From: Schizochytrium sp. TIO01
Lineage: Eukaryota; Protista; Bigyra: Labyrinthulomycetes
Direction: 5' to 3'
Assembly: GCA_004764695.1 (NCBI GenBank)
Contig: SMSO01000031.1
Location: 6,988,761 to 7,052,760, forward strand
DNA: 64,000 nucleotides
Shown here piece by piece: positions 37,501-49,340 of the stretch (the stretch's first letter is position 1; each line of letters begins with the position of its first letter). A program made the translations under genes and the position numbers. The notes under the pieces are model-generated. The model saw only the letters and a program-made list of their open reading frames with translations. It was not told the DNA's origin and did no database searches.

Positions 37501-38800
37501 AATTTCGGCGATTCTTTCATACTCAATTGTATAGCTGTACTCGATGATAAATACGCGCATGAAAAGAGCTAATGCTTGTCGAGTATCGATGTTTGCGTAA
37601 TGTGATGATGTGCGTAGATTGAGCACTCTACCGAAGAAGTGGAAAAGTTTACGGGCCTGTCTAAAGATCATATAGTCACTTCGATTCAAACTCTGAGCCA
37701 AACGATTTATTTCGTTGTAATCAAAACTCCCGCAATGTAAATGGGATAAGCGCACTCTCTGCGATTCCTCTGGATCAGCATTATAAAGCTCCGTGAGATA
37801 GCTTACAACCTGATTTCTCCATGTTTCTGTGTTGTCGTCTACGTTTGGCACATTTAAAGTTCCTCCACCCAGAATAGTATCGATGACGTCAATCTGTCTT
37901 TTATCGTCACGCTTGAAGACCAAGTTGAAGATCAGCTGGAAGAGCTCAGGAGAAATCTCGGGTAGGTTATTTTTCTTCTCCGGTCTCAATAACAAAGTTG
38001 GCTATTTCATTGGCATTGAGAAAGACGTCATCAGCAGACACTGGCACGATGCCGACACACGATTGAAGAGATGCCAACGGCAGCACAAGAAATTGAGAGA
38101 ACCTCATAAATGCCTCTTGCCGGCCCGTTCCTGCTACAGCATTTGCACCCCAATCATAGAAGTTAATAGCATGCAGAAAATTCCTCTCACCGCTGTCTCT
38201 AGCAAGTATAGTTTCTCTAAAATCACCATCGTAACGCCATTGGCCTTGCAAGGGTTCAGTGAAGATTTCTTCGATGGGAAAGTCTTGCACGTCTTCAGTG
38301 TCTTGCACTTCTTCCCAATCGAATTCAGTAGTTTGCACCTCGTGAAGACGGGCATGTTCAAATGGTGGAAAGGATGGAGCACGCGGGCGTCCTGGTTCGT
38401 TGTTGTGTATAACACTGCCGATGTCTTCAGCAACGGGCATGGGCATTGCCATTGGAAGTTCCCTATTTGCTGGAACATGATCTGCTTCTGCTCTGCTTAG
38501 ATGTCCTCCAATATGCGCATCTTCATCTGGCAATACTCGCCCTGGTACTTCTTCGACTTCTTGAATGTCATTGTCCTCATCGCTTAAATTGTGGATGTCT
38601 TCATGAACATGATCTGCGTCTGCTTTGTTTTGATGTCCTTCATTATGTGTATCTGCATCTGGGAGCAATCCTTGGTTTGATACCCCTTCGGCTTCTTGAA
38701 TGTTAATATTGTCTTCATTTTCAGAGATGTTAACATCGAATGGTAAGTTCTGGTTTTGAAGCACTTCAGGAACGTCCCGATTATCTGAGTAATCAGCCAT
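34531..38800 (-). CDS. Large HET/TIR-like domain - TPR - receiver-like protein, split by a +1 frameshift at ~37970 (ORFs 37967..38815 and 34531..37995)
   Basis: GVSIGFLRLF, GPATDYVCYAW, YLWLDLFAVPQ and LTRRWCWYE follow the HET-like pattern. Kinesin-light-chain-type TPRs (AIASFQESIKIRE, LFQRAFEIQSSEYGP). The C-terminal FAFVFIMD..LHFTS..DLVEKSL is receiver-like. Removing one A from the A5 run (37970-37974) fuses the two ORFs. Confidence 0.75.
38475..38735 (-). repeat. Intragenic tandem duplication (two diverged ~130-nt units)
   Basis: Units start aacatgatctgc at ~38475 and ~38606. Peptides NIQEAEGVSNQGLLPDADTHNEGHQNKADADHV and DIQEVEEVPGRVLPDEDAHIGGHLSRAEADHV. Confidence 0.85.
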
Positions 38801-41271
38801 CGTGAGTTTGTCCAACCACTGTGTCTTTCGTGTCTTTCGTGTCTGCTTGTCTGATTAATGCTGTTGCTTTCCGAGTGGCAAATGTGACTAAAACTAGGAC
38901 AGAGACTCTATTATTCACCTTCCCAAAATAGTGGTAAGAAGGTGGAGGATCAGGAGTGAAAGTCGTGGAAGAATGAGCCTGCCCGCGACGTTGGCCTTAT
39001 AGCGACTCGATTAAAATCGAAGCGTGAGGCGGGGGGCAATAGAAGTAAAGCAAGGGCAATGTCGATGCGTTCCTTAAACTTCACTGCCACCTTTTCCTTA
39101 TCGAAGCCACGCCTGAAACCGCGCAATAGCACACGCAGGGCCCTGAGGCGCAACAAGCACCTGAACACCTCCTTGCCCACCTCCAAGCGGGTATGACCTG
39201 TCGCTAGGTCGAAACGGGTTTGGGTTGGAGGGCTCTTCTCGCAGGTCTTTGAAAATAAGAATTGCATTTGAGCTTTCATTTTCAATAAGCTCGATTTAAT
39301 TTAAACTGTTATTACTCCCTTAATAACTACTACCTAATTCTGCCATTCTTCAGTGCCTGAAAGTATAGCTAAACACTTTTTTAATTCTGGGAGCGACAAA
39401 TCGTCGTAAACAGCAGATTAGCACGTCTACATAGTCCCAGGTAGCAACTTAGAGAGCTAACGTATGTATGTTCTAGCCTGGCTTCTGCGCTGATGAAGTC
39501 ATTCTCTTCGCGTGCGCAACGTTGTGCAAGCCAGAGAGCACAAAAAAGCTAAGAAACCAAGATATCTTTAATTGCAGGAGTGCCCATCCACAACTCTTGC
39601 TACCCAAATCTATAGCATAGCCCCTCACTACTACCTTATCTGAGGTACGCTTTGAAGCACTTCTCTTTGAGTAAAAATAACATCTACTGAGCAACTATCT
39701 AGCAGTCATTTCTGTGAGGGGTGGCCGAGAATTTACTGATCTTAAAACTTCTCTTGGATCGACGATAGGACCTAAATGTTTTAAGCTATAGCAAGACAAC
39801 CAACCGGGCTAGTCTACATAGTGAGTTCTTAACCAAAGTTAAATGCTTAGACTTCTTTCATACATAAAATTTTAACAAGTTTTTCTCCGTTCTATTACTT
39901 GTTTGTATTTACTTGGCGTCCTGAAGTCTATAGAAGGGCATAAAGTACTGTTCCTTCGAAGTTGGAAAGAAATAGTCTACTATCTCCTGTTCTGTTATTG
40001 TGGCTCTTCTACCATCAAGCTTTCTGAACAGACTTTGCATTCACTAATACTCACCTAGGCCGTTCAATAATACTTACGGTTCTCAATTTTTCCACTTTCA
40101 TATTTTCATACACTTATATTTAGATTCTCGAAATAGACCTTGCATTCCAAATCTCATACACTGACCTAACTCTTCGCATCGACCTTGCACATTCATAGCA
40201 ACTTCACCCAGTCGTAAAATTGTCGAGCTCCTCCACCAAATTTACACTCTATGGCATTACCCTTTATTGTCATGCATTCACAGATCTAGCACCTGCAAAA
40301 AATGAGAAACTCTATTTGTCTTATGTGAGAGGAACGCAAGGCTTGGGACTTTGTTAGTCACTTTTACAAGGGCAAGTCAAAAAGAGTCTAAATGATCACT
40401 ACGTATCGAAAATTGTTGCTTATTTTTTAAAGTTAACAGTTCAAACCCCAAATCGAACAATAAACCAACCCAAAATAGACACGCATACGTTTCCTACGCT
40501 GATATTTTTCGTCATCACCTGCCAAACTCCCAAGTGTCTTCATTGAAAAGATTGAGAAACTTTCCTATTTCATTTTATATTCAATGTACTACTTAATTTT
40601 CCACATAAACCACAAAGGGAATTCCCAAATGATCATTAGCACACAGCCCACAGCAATACGACACCCTCAACTATGACAGCGATATCTCCCCTTCGGGAAG
40701 TCAATTGTCTTCTCAGGAACAGCCACGATGAGATTATCACGACATCAGAAAGCAAATTAACAATATGCAGGAACTCCTCCAATAAATCGTGATCTCGAAT
40801 TGAACCAAACGGGGGGTCTGTGACCCCACGACCTGGCCGACATATTTTTCTTCCTCCTTGCTAAAAGGCGATAGTGCTCTAACGGGCTTCGTCATTGGAA
40901 ATTTATCATTCCAAGCCCAAAATTGAATTTGTTACCACTTCATTACATAAAACTAGTGCAAGTTTATTTTCCAATCAAAAGTAAGATAACTTTGGAGTAT
41001 TTCATGTGTCTAGTTTAATTTCTGCTTGTGACTCGGAGTCAAAAATAGAAAAGTTCTTTTAATTTAATTTGCCTTTTCTTTCTGCCATTGTTGTGCTGTG
41101 ACTTGTTCTTTTTACCCACGTAGAAAGAGGTATAGTATAGCGTTTGGAGAATGCTTGGTTCATTTTACTTTACTTTATTATCCTCGTGGTTAGGAACTTA
41201 ACAACTTGGTTTGGTAGTCAGTGGGAGAGGTTATGGGAAAGATTGGAGTGCATCTTTATTTTATTGTTTAC

Positions 41272-41826
41272 AGAACTTCCCAGCTTTGCTGTAAAATCAA
41301 TCGCTCGCCTGCCATCAGAGCTCTTTTCCTGACTCACTGCAGTTTGGGTAATGGTGCGAAATCAATACTTGCTTTGTGACCTCACTTACTTTTGATTAAG
41401 TAAGAGGAGCAAATGGATGCTCTTCTTGTGCAAAAGGCGATCCAAATAAACAAAGCCATGGCTGCATTTTATTTCTCTAAGAGCAATGGACAAAGTCGTC
41501 CAGGCACAGGACAGAAATGCGCTGAGGTTCGAACTCATTCCACGCGAATTGAAGCGGTGCCCATGCACTAGCTAGTACAAGCAAGCTAAGCTAAGGAACA
41601 AACTACGAAGCATGTAAACAAAGCGAAACACCTTGAGCACGAATGTAGACACCACCGCAACAGCTTCAACCCCTGTAAGAGGCACCTTCTTCCTGTAGTA
41701 GCTTTTACCCTTATCGGCGAAAGCCATCGACTTACAAGGCTTCCCAGCAGATCTAACAAAGAATGGCAAACAAACAAACAAACAAACAAACAAACAACAA
41801 ACAAACAAACAAACAAACAAACAAAC
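41272..41826 (+). repeat. Dispersed ~550-bp repeat, copy A, ending in a (CAAA)n tail (SINE-like)
   Basis: Colinear with 44093-44648; shared blocks cccagctttgctgtaaa, aaatggatgctcttcttgtgcaaaaggcgatc, aaacaaagcgaaacaccttgagcacgaatgta, tgtagtagcttttaccctt. Confidence 0.9.
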
Positions 41827-42945
41827 GTTCTAAAGCCCAACGAAGAAGTGATTCAGTCAATCAACCCAATCGCCATCCTGCCAACTCCAGCACCGTGAGT
41901 CTCCAGCACCCCTCTCAATGCCCTTCAAGTTCTCGCTCCCTGCCTTGTTCCTTCGCCCTCTGACTGCTGCCACACCTTTGAACTTGAGCCGCCGCTTGAG
42001 CCTCACCAGAGCTCCCTCAGCCGCTTCCTCCACAGCGAGACCACGAAGACCCACCCGCCTAGCACCCGCCTACTGCCCGCTAGCACTCACTCCGAGTGAG
42101 TTCTCTCTGGCACGCATTGCCCAAATAGCCGAAACGCAGGCACTGTGAGGAGAGGCATCGCGAAACAGCGCTTCGATGAGAGCTTTCGACGCTCTCACTT
42201 CTCAAGTTGGGCTTTTGCCGCTCGAAAGGGCTCGATCAGTCAATCAGTCAGTCAGTCAGTCAATCAGTCCATCGCTCAGAGAATGCACGGCACTCGAGCA
42301 TCTTGAGAGCGCTCGCTTGGGAACGCCCGGAGGCTGGAAGCTTCGGCTCTTCGATGCCGTCTTCCTTCAAGCGCCTCGACTTGACCTTCGCTTGCGGGAG
42401 CTGGGGAACTTGGAGCTGCTCCTCCACGCGTGCTTGGCGAGCTCGTTTGGGCAATCGTTCGAGTCCTTGCCAGCGAGGTGGCTAATCTCGGCCAGGGAAC
42501 TCACGCTTCAGCAGGCTGCCTTTGCCTGCCTTGTAAGTGCTACCTACTTCTCTCAATCCAAGGCTGGTTGATGGGTTGATCTCAAGTCGCGAGCGAAGCC
42601 TCTGGGCGAGGAAGCTGCGGCAATGTGCTCTGGCAGCTTGGACCTCGAGCAGCGCCTCGTTGTGTAAATACAGCGAGATAGCTGACGAACTAACTAACTG
42701 ACGAACTAACTAACTAACTAACTAACTCCACAAGCGTGTCGAGGGAGGAAGCCACAATCTCGATCGCAGGTGAGTCGAAGCTGAGGAAACGCAGCCCTTT
42801 GCAAAGCTTGTGCTTCCCAGGTGTCGCCAATCCTGAAGAACGTGAAGCCCGCGGGATTCCATCTAAAACCGGGCCTTCTTTTCAAGGCGAGTCTTTCTGC
42901 AATTTTCACCGCTATCGCTGCTGCTCCTGACGATGACGATAAAAC

Positions 42946-42991
42946 GATGATGATGATGGTGGTGGTGGTGGTGGTGGTGGTGGTGGTGGTG
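42946..42991. repeat. (GAT)4(GGT)n trinucleotide repeat
   Basis: Seen directly. Confidence 0.95.
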
Positions 42992-43458
42992 AGCGGTAAC
43001 GGGGATGTCGATTAAGTTGAACTTGCGTTGGGAGAACCCGAGCTCCTCGAGGCTGTGGCAGCAATGCGAAGCTCCAGCATGAAGGAAACTTCTCGGTAGC
43101 TAGATGCCTGGGCATCTATCCCGGCACCGACGACTGTGCTGGCGTAGAGCTCGAGGGGCTGCTGCAACCATTCCTGCAATTTGACGGCGAGGCGGTGAAA
43201 TCCTGGAGACGCTCAGGGCTGCTTCCTAAACTTGGGGAACAAAACGAAACGAAACGAAACGAAGCCAAACAAAGCAAAGCAAAGCACTAGGTCCCTAGGT
43301 ACTACGAGATAGCACTCAGGATTCCAAGGCGCGATCTCTTGAACTCTTTGGTGCGACGGCCTCCTGAGCCCAGTTCCTAGCTGCCATCGAGGCCGTTGCT
43401 TCTTAGCGTCGCCAAGAACGTCAACGCCTCCGGAAGCTGCTACCTGCACAGCTTTCGC

Positions 43459-43489
<31 letters not shown>

Positions 43490-44092
43490 CCAGGACGTCT
43501 TGAAGCACAGGTTGGCAGCGGCCATTTCGTCGGGGAGTAGTACTAGTACCCTAAAGAGCTTCGTGCGAAACGATCACAGTCACTGAAGTCAGCTTTTGAT
43601 TCAAGAAGGTCACTGTTTCGCGTTTTAGACACCGACAGATTGCTCGTTCATTCGATTCTTGCAATCGCAGCATCGGCTCTGATGGATGGCTTGCGATAGA
43701 TTAAGTTGATCAGTCGAGTGATCCAGGGCCATTCCTTGGAACAGCTGAAGATGATGCGAGGCTTGCTTGATAGCTTGCTAGCTAGCTAGCTAGCTAGGTA
43801 TACCTACTACCCACTGGAGACAAATTCGCGAATTCGATCTCGCAAAGAATGTCGAGAACCGCTGAGGAAGTCTTTTTAAGGAAACAACCACTTGAAGAAT
43901 AATTGAATATTTATCGACCAAAGAAATCACGAAAAGAACTTGGGGGAAAAGAAACTTGAAGAGACTCGGGAAAGATCGAAGTTCGTACTACCAGTTACGA
44001 GGTACTAGAAGGCAGCTCTTGTGAGGTGATGATGCCACCAACTTGAAAAGAGTGCCTAGAGCTTAGTCTTTTTGACAATCGCCCGCTTGAAA

Positions 44093-44648
44093 AGAACTTT
44101 CCCAGCTTTGCTGTAAAGCTCTTTCCCTCACTCGCTGCAGTTTAGGTAACGATTCGAAAGAAGTACTTGCTTCGTGATCTCTCTTACTTTCGATTAAGTT
44201 AAATGGATGCTCTTCTTGTGCAAAAGGCGATCGAAATTAACAAAGCCATGACTGCATTCTATTTCTCAGAGAACGATGGACGAAATCTTCTACGCACAGG
44301 ACAGAAATGCTCAGAGGTCCGAACTCACTCCAAACGAATTGAAGCGGTCAGTTCCTCATGTACTAGCTAGTACAAGCAAGCTAAGCTGAGAAGCAAGCTA
44401 AGCTGAGAAGCAAGCTAAGAAGCATGGAAACAAAGCGAAACACCTTGAGCACGAATGTAAAGCCACTGCGTAGAGACCACCGCAACAGCTTCAATCCCTG
44501 TAGAAGGCACCTTTTTCATGTAGTAGCTTTTACCCTTCTCGGCGAAAATCATCGACTTACAAGAATTTCCGGCAGAGCCAACAAAGTATGGCAAACAAAC
44601 AAACAAACAAACAAACAAACAAACAAACAAACAAACAAACAAACAAAC
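44093..44648 (+). repeat. Dispersed ~550-bp repeat, copy B, ending in a (CAAA)n tail
   Basis: Direct-orientation diverged copy of 41272-41826, with an internal tandem aagcaagctaagctgag expansion. Confidence 0.9.
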
Positions 44649-45008
44649 CGATTAATGAATAAATAAATACCATAAATAACCTAGCAAACACAACTTCAAG
44701 CAACCAAACAACTAGAGCTTCTCTTACAATCAGCCTCCAGAGGTGTGGCTGTGCTCTTCGTCCTCCAAGATACAAGCCAATGGGGCCTAGATTCAAGGTA
44801 TTCAGACAAAAGTCCCTTTCCCCTTCAGAACGAGCGTTTGGTTTTATCTTTCTCCTTTCTTTAATGATCTCTGCTTACTACTATTTCCACACATTCTCAT
44901 TCTAAAATAAAAAATAAATAAATAATATATTAAGGTTTTGCCATACCCTAGCTTCAGAACTTCAAATATATGCAAGACAAAGAGAAGAAAGAGAAAAGAT
45001 AAAAAAAC

Positions 45009-45012
<4 letters not shown>

Positions 45013-45063
<51 letters not shown>
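45013..45063. repeat. (GA)n microsatellite
   Basis: Seen directly. Confidence 0.98.
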
Positions 45064-45066
<3 letters not shown>

Positions 45067-46819
45067 CAAAATCAATAAAAAATGTTTGTCCCTGAAAGAA
45101 ATCGTGCAAAGTCGACGACCCGAAAGCTGTTGCCAGCAGCCCAGGAAATCAAGCCATGGGTCGATATTGATAATCTCAGGCTTTGCAGCAGTAAAGTGCG
45201 TGAGATTCGGAAGAGGCGCTCTTGAGGCGGAAGGTTTCTATGTATTGCGCTTTGTAAGTGCTGAAGGAGCGTTGCAGGTGGCGCCTCAAGTAGCCACAGC
45301 ACAGACTCATTACTTGTTTCTTGAAATATATATCAAAACATTCAACTTTATAAAGTGGCTAGCCAGCTTTACCTAAACTTGGAAAGGACGAGGCACACCC
45401 TGTCCAAGCACCAGCACTGTGGCGGGGAGAGGGTCCCTCAGCGCGTTCGTATTGATCCTCAGTGTGGTACTGTGTGGGAAGCTACCAGCTTCTACTCCAG
45501 CTCACACCTTCGCACGGCTCCTTGCATTTCCTACCGCCCCTATGCTGGTCTCACTCCACAGTGGGGCAGTGAAAGATGAAATGTACCACAATCCCCGCAG
45601 CTCGTGTGCACGCTCTCCTTTGTTTTGTCTCCCGCTTTCCATTTATTTTCTTTTTTCTGTACTTTTTTGGCACCAGACCAATTGGGCTGTGCCAAAGCAA
45701 CTTTCCATCAACAACTATCAACTCATCGTCGTAGGTGTTGATCTATGATTCGCCTCAAATGCTGCCTCTTTAACGAAAAAACTGGGCACAATTTCGATTA
45801 GAGCAGATCGCCGCCGCTTCCATCGCTAAAGTTGCTCGCTACGGCTCAGCAGTCCTAATCGGAGGCTCTTCCGGTCTCTTTTCGACAGTCAGGCGCGAAT
45901 AGTTAGTAGGTACCTACGCTCATACTAGGAACTGCTACATCTACAAACTCTTTTCTTTCTCTTTTTCTTTTTCTTTTTCTTTTTCTAAGCCTAGTAATGA
46001 CCAGTTATCGTTATTACTAGCAGTGCTAGACCAAGATTTATTTATATTCATCTCTCAGAAAGAAGTGCTAGAAATCCTTCGAGATCCCCATTTCCATTTT
46101 CATCGTATCTCGTAGACGCAGAAGCCCTCTCTATGCTCAGCTAAGCAGACAGACAGTCGAGAACGCAAGCTAACTTGCCGCTTTCAGACGACTCATCAGA
46201 GACTCAAACCACATCGAATAGCATTTACAACAACCACAACAACAGCAGCGCAAACAAAGGCCTCGAGCAGCACCTTCCTACGTAGGACCTACCTACCTAC
46301 CTCTGTAAAGTAGCTAGTAGAATATTCCTCTCTTTCCCTCCTATATCATTATAGCCACTTACTGTCCTTTCTTCTTTGCTCCCTGATCCACAACTAACTA
46401 TTTTTTAATTTAATTTTAATTTAATTAAAAAATATATCTCAGGACTGGCTGAGTCAGGCTTCGCATCGGTGGCGTTGGCAAAGGCAGAGAAAGGCCGTCT
46501 TAGGCATGGCTAAGCGTCCCCTTCCGCGCGCTTCAAGTAGGAAAGCCAAGGCACGGAATGGTACGAATGTATGTATATCGCGCTACCTTTCTTTCACTCA
46601 TTCATTGGTATTCTGTTTTAGTCTACTTTAGTTTCGATAGGAATGCGAACTCTTTCTGTCCTCAGAGCCCAAAGGAACACGCGTGCTTATGATAATTGCG
46701 GAATTAGTTTCTGTATCTGTATATCACAACATATGGAGAGTGTGCACAGTAGAAGAACAGGTGGAGTTAAGGGCAGCGAAGGAAGAGAAAAGAGAAAGGC
46801 TGAGAAAGGATGGCCGTGA

Positions 46820-46852
46820 AAACAAACAAACAAACAAACAAACAAACAAACA
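46820..46852. repeat. (AAAC)n microsatellite
   Basis: Seen directly. Confidence 0.95.
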
Positions 46853-47576
46853 ATGATGCTTGAGCTTGCGGAGCGACCTTCTCTGACGGAGGATCCATGG
46901 ACTGCCCATTATGGTGCCCTTATCGGATCCCCTGAAGACCATTCGGGGTAAGGCAGAGCCCGTGGACGTGTATGAATCGGGGCTGTTTGCTTTGCTTTGC
47001 TTTGCTTTTGGGGTTTCACTTTCGTTCATTCCGCATTCATGATATGATTTGTTATCAGTCAACGATGCATTCATTTTATGTAGGCTTTGTAAAATTAACA
47101 TATTCTTTTAATTTTAATTTTAATTTAGTCAATTTAAATTGAAGAAAGAATAGTGATAGGTGCTAGTGTTAGGTGTATGTGGCTGACTAGCTGTCCTTGG
47201 TTAACAAGAATCGAGAAGAAAAGGGCGGGTTTGAGGATAAGAAGGGAAACAAAAGGAAACAAAAGAAACTGCGGCACTACCTTGACAGAGAACTAAGCTA
47301 AGCTAAAGCAAAGCAAAGCAAAGCAAAGCAAAGCAGTTGAACGAACAATTAGTTGAGGCCTTCAGCAACTTGCGCTAAGAACCAAAAGAGGCCCCAAACA
47401 GTCTCGCATTCCTGCAAAAGCGCCAAGAGTTGGGCGCCTGCTCTGAAGGAGGCTCGAGGAGCGTGGACCTGAGCTGTGCTTTTGACGAAGAGAGCCCTAA
47501 AGAAAGAGAGAGAAAGCGTGCGTGCGTGCGTGGGAGGCAGTTAATAGGGGCCTATCTCCCTCCTAATGGTGCTTCT

Positions 47577-47668
47577 GTTTCATTTTATTTCATTTTATTT
47601 CATTTTATTTCATTTTATTTCATTTTATTTCATTTTATTTCATTTTATTTCATTTTATTTCATTTTAT
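47577..47668. repeat. (CATTTTATTT)n 10-bp minisatellite, ~9 units
   Basis: Seen directly. Confidence 0.97.
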
Positions 47669-49340
47669 GTTTTTTATGTTTATTTTGTTTATTTTGTTTT
47701 CACTCGTGGCTTTGTTTATTGTCTTTGAAGAACCGCAGTTCATTCGCTCGTACTGGGACTTGGCTGATTGAGGCGAACTTAGCTCTTCTCTGCAGACGGG
47801 TAAATACACGCGTGCAGCAGGCAGAGGGCCTAAAAGACGGCATGGAAGGTCACTCGGATGAGAACAATGCTCAGCCGAAGCGAAGAAGTTAGCGAAGTCG
47901 GGAGTGATTCGATCTGTCGCTGACTCCTCCTCTCATCGTTCCTCTTTGTGCTCTTTGTTTCTTTGTTTCTTTGTTTCTTTCTTCCTTCCTGTCAGTATCT
48001 TCTCTTATGAAAGAGAAGGGGGGAGCTCTAGAGTAAGTTAGGGGATAGGTAACCTAAATGTTCTTCTTTTTGTTTTTAGCTTTAAAAGGTGCTGTTTGGC
48101 TTTTTCTTTTTCTTCTCTCAAAGATGGAAAGCGTGAAGATAGCTATAATCATAATTATAATTTTTTTTTCTTTTTTCTTTTTTCTTAGTTTTTACTTGAG
48201 CACAGGAATCATGAAAATTGAATGATCAATCAAAATCAATCAATGAAAAGCAGATGTCAATCAAAACGAATTTCTCACCTCCGAGGCGAACACGCTTACG
48301 GACGGACAGCCCTCGCACTGCTCCTGAAGATTGACAGGACGCCGGAAGGCTCAAGAGCGAGGACATCGGCGAGACGTGCTGCCTTGGGCCGGAAGCGCGG
48401 CTCTCCAGCTTGCTAGCTAGCTAGTTGGCTTCCTGCGCTTGGATCAACGCAAAGGTGCTGCAGCACTGCTGAAGCAACAGTATTTGCTTTTGCTGCTGCT
48501 GCTGCTGCCACAAGTTGCCCCCGACAAGAGGCAATTAGGTTAGGTAGACGAGCCGATTGCACAATCGTTCGCCAAAGAACCCCCATTGTACGCTGCCGAG
48601 CGCGGAAAGCTGTTTCCTTGCTTTCGTTGGTACATTGGTCCTTCTCTCACTGGTTACTCACTCACTCATTCGTCCATCCATCCATCTATCTATACCCGTT
48701 CCTATTTCACCAGTTATTATTCTTGCTGCCGCAGTCTCTTCTGATCTCGGATTGCTTTCGAGCCAGTGTGTATACAAAGCGGGTAATCTGGCTTGGTCGA
48801 GTAGTTTGCGTCAATTAGTACATTGATAAAGTTAACTGAGTCGTTGTGCTGGTAGAGTATATTTTCCCTTGTGAGTACAAAAGTATACTTACTACCTAGG
48901 GGTTAACCGACTCCATCATCGCGATAGCACCGGGGTATCTGGTATCTGGGGAAACTTATAGGTTTTCAATCCAGCTGGGACTCCAATTCTTTACATCTTA
49001 TCCACTTTTCAAAACTGCCACGCGCGTGAGGAGGCACAATTGCACGCGGTCTTCGGAATCGGAATTTCGCTTGCAATTCCGAGTTTTAAAACACAAATAA
49101 AAGAAGAAGCAGATTTGTCTGTTTGCACGCACGCACGCACGCACAAAGGCTTTTATATATAACAAGTGAGTAGGCAAAGGAACTCTAGGTAAAACGCCAT
49201 TCCATCTCGGAGAAGTCAACACCTTTCTGTGGCCTCACAGTGACTTCTACTAAAAAGTTGGTTGTGGAAGGGCCCTTTAACATTGGTCAGAGTTAAGCTC
49301 CAAGTAATTCCTAAACTAAGCGGCGCACAAGCCGTTCTCG

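Noticed and set aside
37829-38500. 223-aa plus-strand ORF
   Set aside because: Antisense to the HET-TPR-REC N-terminal region.
40805-40850. ggggggtctgtgaccccacgacc, superficially like a reverse-strand tRNA T-arm
   Set aside because: No cloverleaf or TTCRA loop can be built.
41520-41540. gaggttcgaactc as a Pol III B-box in repeat copy A
   Set aside because: Imperfect consensus, altered in copy B, and no matching A-box.
47577-47668. Regular repeat array as CRISPR-like
   Set aside because: No spacers; simple minisatellite in a eukaryotic context.
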